DNA from: an uncultured Candidatus Binatia bacterium
GTDB taxonomy: Bacteria; Desulfobacterota; Binatia; UBA9968; JAJDTQ01
Assembly: GCA_965204235.1 (NCBI GenBank)
Contig: OZ241979.1
Location: 2,317,589 to 2,381,588 of the forward strand
Direction of reading: 5' to 3'
Length of the DNA stretch: 64,000 nt
In this document: piece after piece, positions 56,645 through 64,000 of the stretch
Position numbering within the stretch: the stretch's first letter is position 1
Layout of the letters: each line of letters starts with the position of its first letter
Notes under the pieces: generated by a model
Told to the model about the DNA's origin: nothing
What the model saw: only the letters and a program-made list of their open reading frames with translations
The model's database searches: none
Made by a program: the position numbers and the translations under genes

Positions 56645-58396
56645 ATGAGCCATCGGACCATCCATCACCGGGCGGACGTCCTGGTCGTCGGCGGCGGCGC
56701 GGCCGGGGCCATGGCGGCCATCCGCGCCCGCCAGGCGGGGGCGGACGTGCTGTTGGTGGACAAGTCCGTGTTCGGGCGGAGCGGCTGCGCGGCGCTCGCT
56801 TCGGGCGCGTACATCACCTACATGCCGGGCGACGACATCATGGTCCACCTGGGCGGCCGCGGCGTGCTCGTCAACCAGACCCGGGCCATCGAGGCCATCC
56901 ACGCCACCCACGAGGTGCTCGGCATCCTGGACGGCTGGGGCGTGAAGTTCGTCAAGGAGCGGGGCGAGATCTGGCGCGGCAAGGGCGGGTCCGGCGCCGC
57001 GGCCAGCGGCGGTCTGGCCGCGGGCCTGGTGGGCGGCGGCACCGCCATGATGAAGGTGGTGCGCGGCGTGGCCCTGCGCGAAGGCGTCCGAGCGCTCAAC
57101 CGGGTCTCGGTCACCGACCTCCTGACCTCCGACGGCAGGCTTCCCACCCGCGGCCGCGTGGTGGGCGCCCTGGGCGTCTCCGGCCGGGAGCACGAGGTCC
57201 ACGTGTGCGAGGCCAAGTCCGTGGTCATGTGCGCCGGCGGCTTCAACTTCGGCTACAAGCAGCCGGGCCAGTGGTTCGCCGGCATGCCCCTCAACATCAC
57301 CAGCGACGGCGTGGCCATGCAGCTCCGGGCGGGCGCGGTGATGGGCAACATGGCGGTGGGCAGCAAGTACCTCCAGACCATGGAGTTCCTGTGCGCGCCG
57401 GGCATCGAGCACTTCACCACCATGGGGACCGGCTACTACAACCGCCTGGGCGAAGACGTGATGCAGCGGTTCGGGGAATCGGAAGCCGAACTCACCCGGC
57501 GGCTCTCCCTGGGGCACGCGGTGGCGCTGGAGATGCTGGAAGGCAAGGGTCCCGTCTATCTGGACTGCACCGGGCTCCCGCCGGAGAAGATCCGGCTGCT
57601 GCACGAGATCATCCCCATCATCATGAGCACCTTCGACGCCGCGGGGTATGACGTGAGCAGGGAGCGCATCCCCTACCTGCCGGTCCTGGCCGCCACCTAC
57701 GGCTCCAGCCACGGCGGCGGCGCGGTGGTGGACCGCCGGTGCATGACGTCCCTGCCGGGCCTGTTCGCCGCGGGCGCCAGCAGCGACGGCATGAACATCT
57801 CGCCGAACCTCAACCTGTCCTGGTGCATGGTGCTGGGCTGGTGGGCCGGCCGGCACGCCGCGGACTACGCCCGGAAGTCGGACCTCGCGGGCGCCGCGGC
57901 CCGTCAGGTGGAATCGCTTTCCGGGGAGGCCACCCGGTATCTCAAACCCCGGGGGACCGCCTTCGCCGAGGTCCACGGCAGGGCCGCGGACCTGCTCCAC
58001 GAGTTGGGGGTGGTCCTCAGCGACGAGAAGATCGCCCGGGTGCGGCGGGGGCTCGCGGAGATACTGGAGACCTACGACCGCGTCATGGCCCGGGACCCCC
58101 ACGAGCTGGTCAAGGTCCTGGGGCTGCGCAACTCCATGGAGGCCCTGACCGCGGTGCTCGACTACCTGCTGCACCGGCAGGAGAGCCGCGGCTCGGTGGT
58201 CAACCGCGACCATCCCGAGACCGACAACGACCGGTGGCTGGTGTTGAGCAAGTCGGTGAGGGAGGACGGCGCGTTGAGGATATGGGACGAACCCATCCCC
58301 CGCGGCGAGTTCTACGTGCGCTACCGGCCCCGGCCCGGGAAGTCGCTGCACCCGTTCTTCAAGGTCGCCGGTCGGGCAGTGGAGGCAGGCGCATAG
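56645..58396 (+). CDS. FAD-dependent oxidoreductase, SdhA/FrdA/AprA flavoprotein superfamily
   Basis: DVLVVGGGAAGAMAA FAD dinucleotide fold. 583 aa. Followed 2 nt later by a ferredoxin gene. Confidence 0.8.
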   Translation: MSHRTIHHRADVLVVGGGAAGAMAAIRARQAGADVLLVDKSVFGRSGCAALASGAYITYMPGDDIMVHLGGRGVLVNQTRAIEAIHATHEVLGILDGWGVKFVKERGEIWRGKGGSGAAASGGLAAGLVGGGTAMMKVVRGVALREGVRALNRVSVTDLLTSDGRLPTRGRVVGALGVSGREHEVHVCEAKSVVMCAGGFNFGYKQPGQWFAGMPLNITSDGVAMQLRAGAVMGNMAVGSKYLQTMEFLCAPGIEHFTTMGTGYYNRLGEDVMQRFGESEAELTRRLSLGHAVALEMLEGKGPVYLDCTGLPPEKIRLLHEIIPIIMSTFDAAGYDVSRERIPYLPVLAATYGSSHGGGAVVDRRCMTSLPGLFAAGASSDGMNISPNLNLSWCMVLGWWAGRHAADYARKSDLAGAAARQVESLSGEATRYLKPRGTAFAEVHGRAADLLHELGVVLSDEKIARVRRGLAEILETYDRVMARDPHELVKVLGLRNSMEALTAVLDYLLHRQESRGSVVNRDHPETDNDRWLVLSKSVREDGALRIWDEPIPRGEFYVRYRPRPGKSLHPFFKVAGRAVEAGA

Positions 58397-58398
58397 CC

Positions 58399-58626
58399 AT
58401 GGATCCGGCGCAACGCCTGCCGAAGGTCGAGATCTGCAAGGAAGCCTGCATCTCGTGCACGGCCTGCGACGACGCCTGCCCCACGGACGTGATCCGCATG
58501 GGCAAGGACGGCTATCCGTTCGCCATGTACGAGGAGGACTGCCAGGGCTGCTTCATCTGCGAGTGGGACTGTCCCGTCGGCGCCATCAGGATACGCGTCG
58601 CGCGCTGGTACGAGGCGAAGCCCTAG
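58399..58626 (+). CDS. 2x[4Fe-4S] dicluster ferredoxin (75 aa)
   Basis: CISCTACDDACP and CQGCFICEWDCP motifs. Confidence 0.85.
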   Translation: MDPAQRLPKVEICKEACISCTACDDACPTDVIRMGKDGYPFAMYEEDCQGCFICEWDCPVGAIRIRVARWYEAKP

Positions 58627-58679
58627 TCCGAAGTTCTACAACGGGCGTGCGGGAGCGCCAAGCGGAATCGAGGATCGGA

Positions 58680-58757
58680 AACCCTCCCCTCTTCGAGGCG
58701 GAGGGTCAAGCGCGTCCGTCAACGGCCGCCGTTCGTGGTTGGCTCGCGTCGTTGACG
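58680..58757. terminator. Bidirectional hairpins between the convergent ferredoxin and SGNH genes
   Basis: CCCTCCCCTCTTCGAGGCGGAGGG imperfect hairpin plus CGTCAACG-N25-CGTTGACG perfect 8-bp inverted repeat. Confidence 0.4.
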
Positions 58758-60080
58758 TCAAGGGGCCGGTTCGAGCAGGGTGACGGCGCCGGTCGGCCCG
58801 TCGCAGATAGCCGGATGCTCCTCGAGGTATTCGAGCAGGGCCTCTGCGGCCCAGCGATGGCCGGCGGGGTTCCAGTGGAAGTCGTGGGGCCAACGCGCAT
58901 CTCCGAGTCTGGCGCCTTGGCGGAGGATGTAGTCGGCCTGGTCGATGACGGGGACGTCGAGGGTTGCAGCCATTTGGCTCATTCGCTCGAACATGAGGGT
59001 TCCGTGGACCTTCAACGTGTGCGTCGCCAGGATGACCAGCTTGGCGCCGTCCCGGTCGGCGCGTTGCTGGAACTGCTCCAGTGCGAAGGCGGTGTATTGC
59101 AGGGCGTCCTCGAAAAGGGGTGGCAGGTCCCTTCGAGCGAAGACCAGACGCACGTCCTCCCACGTGGTGGGCCGCCATCCTTCGAGCAGCGCGGCATAGC
59201 CGGGCTGTCGCCTCAGAGCCTCCACCTCCCGGATGAACCTGGATGGCCGGGCAGGAGGAGGAGGAAACAAGGCCCTTTTCTTGGCGTGCAACCAGAAGGC
59301 AAGGCGCGAACGGTCGGCCGTTTTCTTCTCCATGGCGCGGGCGGCGGCCCACGATGTCCGTATCCGGGAACTCGATGGAAGCGGGTCTTGGGGGAGAGAC
59401 AATTCCAACTTCCCGTCCGGGCGCCTTCGCACCACGGGCTCCGAACGGAGTTTCCATTTCCGCCCCTCCCCCCTTAACGTCAAGGTTCTCAGGACCGGCG
59501 GGTTGTCCATGAAATCGTTGGAAACGAAGACGAGCACGAGCAGTTTGGGATGCAGCAGCCGGGCATATTCGTCGTAGAACGGCAGTTGCTGGACTTGGCC
59601 GGTGTTTTCGATCCCGAAGGCCGAAGTGGTGATGTTCAGGTGGGGCAATTCATCGGCGGCGAGTTCTTCGAGTCGGACGTGGAACTTGTCGTGGACGGGG
59701 ACTTCCTTCGCCTCCACGAAGGAGTCTCCGATCATCGAGATATGGCAGGTTGCGGCCGCACGCTCGGGACTGGGGGGTTCGCGGTCGAGGAAACCCAAGC
59801 TGTTGGTGCGGGAGACCTGCCAGAAGTGGTGTCGGTTGGTAGAGCGAAACTCCGTGTTCGGCGGCCGGAGATGGCCTACGTTCGGGACGAACTTCCAGGG
59901 TGCGTTCGATACCATGAACGGCCTGGTCAGCCGGAGGTAGGCTTCCCCGGCCATTGCGGCCAGCACGGCGCCCACGAGCAATAGAAGCGCGTTCCAGCCA
60001 AGCAGGCGCAGCACCCAACGGATCCGGGGGGGGGGGGGGGGGGGGGCATCAAGGACCTTCCGTTTCACGAGTCCGGGCAT
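58758..60080 (-). CDS. Membrane-anchored SGNH/GDSL-family hydrolase
   Basis: MIGDSF (block I), FVSNDF (block III), DFHWNPAGH (block V). N-terminal TM helix. Contains a G21 tract encoding poly-Pro. Confidence 0.7.
   Translation of the reverse strand: MPGLVKRKVLDAPPPPPPRIRWVLRLLGWNALLLLVGAVLAAMAGEAYLRLTRPFMVSNAPWKFVPNVGHLRPPNTEFRSTNRHHFWQVSRTNSLGFLDREPPSPERAAATCHISMIGDSFVEAKEVPVHDKFHVRLEELAADELPHLNITTSAFGIENTGQVQQLPFYDEYARLLHPKLLVLVFVSNDFMDNPPVLRTLTLRGEGRKWKLRSEPVVRRRPDGKLELSLPQDPLPSSSRIRTSWAAARAMEKKTADRSRLAFWLHAKKRALFPPPPARPSRFIREVEALRRQPGYAALLEGWRPTTWEDVRLVFARRDLPPLFEDALQYTAFALEQFQQRADRDGAKLVILATHTLKVHGTLMFERMSQMAATLDVPVIDQADYILRQGARLGDARWPHDFHWNPAGHRWAAEALLEYLEEHPAICDGPTGAVTLLEPAP
60016..60036. 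repeat. 21-nt homopolymeric G tract inside the SGNH hydrolase coding region
   Basis: GGATCC(G)21CATC, read directly. Encodes PPPPPPP on the minus strand. Confidence 0.9.
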
Positions 60081-60291
60081 GGTACCACAGGCGGCCTTCC
60101 GTGCAAAAGCTCCGTGGATCTGCTATCCGTCCCCCATGCGCTCGGCCTTGGTACGGTACCACGAGATCGCCCTCAAGCGCGGCAACCGCGGCTATTTCGT
60201 GGAGCACCCCAAGAAGAACCTGGGCCTGGTGCCCCGCCGCGGACGAACCCCGGGCCGGATGTCCGGGACCCGTCGGCAAGGCGCGCCCCGA

Positions 60292-61167
60292 ATGAGCGTC
60301 ATCTTCGCTCTGACGGCGGCGCTGGGATTCGCCGTGTCCCACATCCTGATCCGCCGGGGGCTGGCCGAGTCCAACCCGCTGGCCGGGTTCTTCCTCTCCA
60401 TCGTCATCTCGTCGGCGACCCTCTGGCCCCTGGTGGGGGCCTACCTGCCCCTGGACGCTTTCCGGACCCACGCCATCTGGTATTTCGCGGTGGGCGGCCT
60501 CTTTGCGTCCGGCCTGGGACGCTGGCTGGTGTACGTCTCCATCGACCGCCTGGGGGTGGCGCGCTCCATCCCGGTGGTCAGCGCCACGCCCATGTTCGCC
60601 TCCATACTCGCGGTCCTCATCGTCGGCGAGCACTGGACCCTGGGAGCCTTCTTCGGCACCACCCTGATCATCTCCGGCGTGGTCGTCATCTCGTGGACCC
60701 ACGAACAGAAGTCCGAGTGGCGCCGCCGGGACTTCGTCTTCCCGATCTTGGCCGCGCTGTCGTTCGCCCTTGCCGCCAGCGTGCGCAAGCTCGGCTTCTT
60801 CATCGACAACCTGCCGCTCATGGCGTCGTGCGTGAACGCCACCACCGGACTCGCCCTGGCCGTCGCCATGGTCTATGGCCGGGGCGGTCCGCGCAAGGTG
60901 CTGCGCATGTCCCGCAGGGTGCTGGCGTGGTTCGTGGCCGCGGGGATCTGCAACACCGCGGGGATGCTGGCCAACTTCTACGCCCTCTCCGCCGGCGACA
61001 TCGTCATCGTGGAGCCGCTCATCAGCACCAACCCGGTGCTGACCGTGCTCCTCACCGCGGTCTTCCTGCGCGACGTGGAGACCGTGAACCTGCGGGTGTG
61101 CATCGGCGTCGCGTTCACCTTCGTCGGCACCCTGCTGCTGGTCTTCGCCAGGGCGGGCGCGGGTTGA
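60292..61167 (+). CDS. EamA/DMT-superfamily transporter
   Basis: Ten TM helices. Duplicated EamA-like halves. Confidence 0.8.
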   Translation: MSVIFALTAALGFAVSHILIRRGLAESNPLAGFFLSIVISSATLWPLVGAYLPLDAFRTHAIWYFAVGGLFASGLGRWLVYVSIDRLGVARSIPVVSATPMFASILAVLIVGEHWTLGAFFGTTLIISGVVVISWTHEQKSEWRRRDFVFPILAALSFALAASVRKLGFFIDNLPLMASCVNATTGLALAVAMVYGRGGPRKVLRMSRRVLAWFVAAGICNTAGMLANFYALSAGDIVIVEPLISTNPVLTVLLTAVFLRDVETVNLRVCIGVAFTFVGTLLLVFARAGAG

Positions 61168-61189
61168 CGCGGCGTGGGCCACGGCGCAA

Positions 61190-61235
61190 CCGGATCGACC
61201 GGCGTCAGCACCAACGGACGGCTGAAACGGGTCAA
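61190..61235 (+). repeat. Family-B repeat core
   Basis: GGCGTCAGCACCAACGGACGGCTGAAACGGGTCAAGG. Confidence 0.6.
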
Positions 61236-61378
61236 GGGAATACTGAACGATTGCCCCGTTCGTCCTGAGCGAAGCGTAGCGAAGGAGCGTAGCGAAGCGA
61301 AGATCTCCGTTCATCCTGAGCGTAGCGTAGCGAAGTCGAAGGACGCGCTTTCCCATGGGGAGAGACGCCTCGAACCCC
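61236..61378 (+). repeat. Family-A repeat, triple subunit, abutting the SDR stop
   Basis: GGGAATACTGAACGATTGCCCCGTTCGTCCTGAGCGAAGCGTAGCGAAGGAGCGTAGCGAAGCGAAGATCTCCGTTCATCCTGAGCGTAGCGTAGCGAAGTCGAAGGACGCGCTTTCCCATGGGGAGAGACGCCTCGAACC. Confidence 0.8.
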
Positions 61379-61380
61379 CC

Positions 61381-62073
61381 TCAGAACTTCTCGGTCCAGG
61401 GCCGCAGCTCCACGTGCGAGGTCCAGGCGCTGCGGTGCTGGCGGTGGAGGTGCAGGTAGGTCTCCGCAATGGCGTCGGGACTGAGCCACGCGTCGTCGCC
61501 GCGGCCGGGGTCGCGCCGGGGCGAAGCGATGCCGCCGTCGATGACCACCTGCGCCACATGGACGTTCTGCGGCTGGAGCTCCCGGGCCATGCTCTGGGTC
61601 AGGCCGCTGAGGCCGAACTTGCCCATGGCGAAGGACGCGGAGTTGGCGTAGCCCTTGACGCTGGCCGACGCCCCGGTGAACAGGATGGTCCCCCCGCCGG
61701 TCCGGAGCATGGCGGCCGCGGCCGCCCGTCCCACCAGGAAACCGCCGTAGCAGGTCACCAGGACGGCGTCCCGGACCGCATCCGGCGGCTGCTCGGTGAG
61801 GGGGCCGCGCACGCGCGCGCTGGCGTTGTACACCACCACCGCGGGGTCCCCGAGGTCCCGGGCCACCCGGGCGAACAGGTCGTCCACTTCCCCGGGGACC
61901 ACCGCGTCACAGCGGTACACGCGGCAACCGGTGTCCTCCGACAGTCCCGCCAGCTTGTCCGGGTTGCGGGCGGCGATGGCCGCCTTCATGCCTTCCCGGG
62001 TGAACAGCCGCACGAGCGAAGCGCTGAGCCCCGGCCCTCCCCCTACCACCACTGCTACTTCCTGGTCCGCCAT
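61381..62073 (-). CDS. Short-chain dehydrogenase/reductase (SDR)
   Basis: VVGGGPGLSASL NAD(P)-binding motif. YxxxK catalytic pair (YANSASFAMGK). 230 aa. Confidence 0.85.
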   Translation of the reverse strand: MADQEVAVVVGGGPGLSASLVRLFTREGMKAAIAARNPDKLAGLSEDTGCRVYRCDAVVPGEVDDLFARVARDLGDPAVVVYNASARVRGPLTEQPPDAVRDAVLVTCYGGFLVGRAAAAAMLRTGGGTILFTGASASVKGYANSASFAMGKFGLSGLTQSMARELQPQNVHVAQVVIDGGIASPRRDPGRGDDAWLSPDAIAETYLHLHRQHRSAWTSHVELRPWTEKF

Positions 62074-62204
62074 GATCTTCTCCTTCCTCCGTAATCCAAT
62101 TATCCAGCGCCCGCGCGTATCCGGCCGCGGGGACGCCTTCCTCGATGATCGGAACGTCTGGACGATTCCGGCTTGGGTTCCCTGGCGCTGCAGGAATTCG
62201 AGTG

Positions 62205-62295
62205 GGTTGAGACACTCCCCACGCACGCGATGAGGTCCGCTTCCCTCCCATTCCGACCATGCCGTCCTCGGTTTGGCGGCGCAGACGCCCCACCC
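62205..62295 (+). repeat. Family-C-related repeat (matches 42100-42190)
   Basis: ACTCCCCACGCACGCGATGAGGTCCGCTTCCCTCCCATTCCGACCATGCCGTCCTCGGTTTGGCGGCG. Confidence 0.55.
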
Positions 62296-62321
62296 AGTCA
62301 TTCCCGCGAAAGCGGGAATCC

Positions 62322-62392
62322 ATCCATGAGCGCGTCCTTCGACTTCGCTTCGCTACGCTCAGGACGAACGGGGACCGTTGTCCCGAGTTTCC
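62322..62392 (-). repeat. Family-A repeat copy, preceded by a TTCCCGC-GAAA-GCGGGAA tetraloop hairpin at about 62300-62318
   Basis: GAGCGCGTCCTTCGACTTCGCTTCGCTACGCTCAGGACGAACGGGGACCGTTGTCCCGAGTTTCC. Confidence 0.8.
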
Positions 62393-62431
62393 GATCCATG
62401 GATCCGGCCTTGCCAACGGTCCTTCCGTTCC

Positions 62432-63607
62432 TCAGTCGTACAGCAGGGCCTTGCCGCGCCCGGCGTCGTACAGATCCGTGCCGCCGGTGGCGGCGCGCAC
62501 CACGTCCTCCAGGGCTGCGCCCCGGTCGATGGCCTGCCTGACCGCGGCGCGCCCGGTCAGGAGGTCGATGGCCGGGACGTCCGCACGGAACTCGTAGGGT
62601 TCCGTGCGCCAGGCGAACGATTCGGGCCAGAGCTTCCGCACGGCCACGAGCACCGCCAAGCCCGTGCGGTACGGCTCGAAGGCGTTCCGGTCGCTGACGT
62701 GCAACTGGAGCGCGCCGCAGCGCTGCCCCCGGAACTTGTGGAACGCCGGCTCGATGACACAGGGGCGGAAGACGACCCCGGGCAGGTCGTGGCGGCGCAA
62801 CTCCCGGGCCAGCCCGGGGCCGTCGATGAACGGCGCTCCGAAGAGCTCGAAGGGGCGCGTGGTGCCCCGGCCCTCGGACAGGTTGGATCCTTCGAGCAGG
62901 CACATGCCGGGATAGACCAGCGCCGTGTCCGGGGTCGGCATGTTGGGCGACGGCATCACCCAGGGCAGGCCGCACTGGTCGTAATAGGCGTTCCGGGACC
63001 ATCCCTCGCACGCCGCCACGTCCAGTTCGCACCCGATCCCGAAGGTCTCGTTGTAGAGCCGGGCGAGCTCCCCCAGGGTCATGCCGTGGCGTTGCGGCGC
63101 CGGGTAGAGGCCGCAGAAGCTCTCGAGACCCGCGTCCAGGCCGCCGCCCTCCACCGCGGCGCCGCCGATGGGGTTGGGCCGGTCCAGGACCACCACCCTG
63201 ACCCCGGAAGCCGCGGCCGCGCGCATGCACAGGGCCAGGGTGGCCCCGTATGTGTAGTACCGCGCGCCCACGTCCTGGACGTCGAACAGGAGGATGTCCA
63301 GCCGGGCGAGCTGTTCCGGGGTGGGGGACAGGGAAGCGAGGGTGTCGCCGTAGAGGCTCGCCACCGGCAGACCGGTGGTCGAGTCCGTGTGGTCCGCCAC
63401 CGCCGCCATGTCCTGGGCGGACCCGCGAAGCCCGTGCTCCGGGCCGAACAGGCAGCGCAGGTCCACCTCGGGACGCCTGTGCAGCAGGTCCGCGGCGTGG
63501 TCGAGCCCGCGGTTCACCGCGGTGGGGTTGGCCACCAGTCCCACGCGCGCGCTCCCGAGCCACGCCCGCGGGTCGTCGAGGAGCCTTTCCAGTCCGGTCC
63601 GCACCAC
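62432..63607 (-). CDS. DUF1343-family protein (NamZ-like exo-beta-N-acetylmuramidase)
   Basis: 391 aa. DUF1343-type motifs (VGLVANPTAV, FGPEHGLRG, LDRPNPIGG). Confidence 0.75.
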   Translation of the reverse strand: MVRTGLERLLDDPRAWLGSARVGLVANPTAVNRGLDHAADLLHRRPEVDLRCLFGPEHGLRGSAQDMAAVADHTDSTTGLPVASLYGDTLASLSPTPEQLARLDILLFDVQDVGARYYTYGATLALCMRAAAASGVRVVVLDRPNPIGGAAVEGGGLDAGLESFCGLYPAPQRHGMTLGELARLYNETFGIGCELDVAACEGWSRNAYYDQCGLPWVMPSPNMPTPDTALVYPGMCLLEGSNLSEGRGTTRPFELFGAPFIDGPGLARELRRHDLPGVVFRPCVIEPAFHKFRGQRCGALQLHVSDRNAFEPYRTGLAVLVAVRKLWPESFAWRTEPYEFRADVPAIDLLTGRAAVRQAIDRGAALEDVVRAATGGTDLYDAGRGKALLYD

Positions 63608-63683
63608 GCCGTTATTCTACAGGAGCGCGCCCGGAAAACCCAAGGATGCGCCCCTCGTCCTTTCCGGTCGGGCAACGGCTACG

Positions 63684-63933
63684 GGAACCTCTGGTCGATT
63701 CCGGCTCGATGCGTCTCTCCCTGTGGGAAAGCGCGTCCTTCGACTCCGCTACGCTACGCTCAGGACGAACGGAGTTCCCCGCTTGGCTACGCTCAGGAGG
63801 AACAGGGTTCTTCGTTACGTTACGCTCAGGAGGAACAGGGTTCTTCGCTACGCTCGGATGAACGGAGGTCTTCGCGTCCTTCGACTCCGTTTCGCTACGC
63901 TCGGGACGAACGAGGCGATTGTTCAGGGTTTCC
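63684..63933 (-). repeat. Family-A repeat array (4-5 degenerate subunits) upstream of the NamZ-like gene
   Basis: GCGCGTCCTTCGACTCCGCTACGCTACGCTCAGGACGAACGG...GCTCAGGAGGAACAGGG x2...GCTCGGATGAACGG...CGCTCGGGACGAACGAGGCGATTGTTCAGGGTTTCC. Confidence 0.8.
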
Positions 63934-64000
63934 TATGGTTTTCGCGGCGTCCGCCGATGTTACCTGGATGGAGTGGAAAGGAAACGTCCAGGGGTGAAGC

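Noticed and set aside
57205-57651. Alternative-frame 148-aa ORF within the flavoprotein gene
   Set aside because: Internal out-of-frame ORF inside a gene with a clear FAD-binding signature.

Overview
This 64 kb window is a high-GC (roughly two-thirds G+C by eye) bacterial chromosomal segment, apparently from a diderm. I infer that from Lnt, PstSCAB, and periplasmic binding proteins carrying signal or Tat peptides. I could not run any search; every family call below rests on motifs I recognise in the six-frame translations.

Core housekeeping genes are clear: plsY, pstS-pstC-pstA-pstB, an NAD-dependent ligA, rsmI, dxs, ispH (TTG start), lnt, a LOG-family gene, and an aquaporin (MIP) channel.

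Accessory and catabolic genes include:
- a ferric-iron-type ABC transporter operon with an NDP(ADP)-forming acyl-CoA synthetase embedded in it;
- an orphan DctP-type TRAP substrate-binding protein;
- a xanthine-dehydrogenase-family MoCo large subunit in an apparent operon with an EutA-like ATPase and a bicupin;
- two further bicupin paralogues;
- two amidohydrolase-2 proteins;
- a Zn-dependent alcohol dehydrogenase;
- a creatininase-family protein;
- orphan TPP E1 alpha/beta subunits;
- an AMP-forming Acs/PrpE synthetase;
- an FAD flavoprotein with a 2[4Fe-4S] ferredoxin partner;
- an SGNH hydrolase;
- a DMT transporter;
- a short-chain dehydrogenase/reductase (SDR);
- a DUF1343/NamZ-like gene;
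- two tandem, recently duplicated large polytopic membrane proteins.

The most unusual content:
- (a) At 15.8-17.9 kb there is an eroded defence/mobile island: a VapB-like antitoxin with an in-frame TAG, a SIR2-like fragment, a DNA methyltransferase fragment whose intact paralogue sits at 50.5 kb, a PD-(D/E)XK-like ORF, and a DUF4143 fragment.
- (b) A membrane protein is built from about eleven tandem 14-residue repeats.
- (c) Two nucleotidyltransferase/RHH toxin-antitoxin-like modules.
- (d) From about 19 kb onward the intergenic space is saturated with at least three families of short interspersed MITE/REP-like repeats. One copy is flanked by a 28-bp direct duplication, and there is an IS5-like transposase remnant with 13-bp terminal inverted repeats.
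- (e) Long homopolymer tracts (G21, C10) lie inside coding regions.

I found no rRNA, tRNA or CRISPR array. Minus-strand CDS ends come from arithmetic on the ORF track. Non-ORF coordinates were indexed by hand and are approximate to +/-2 nt.
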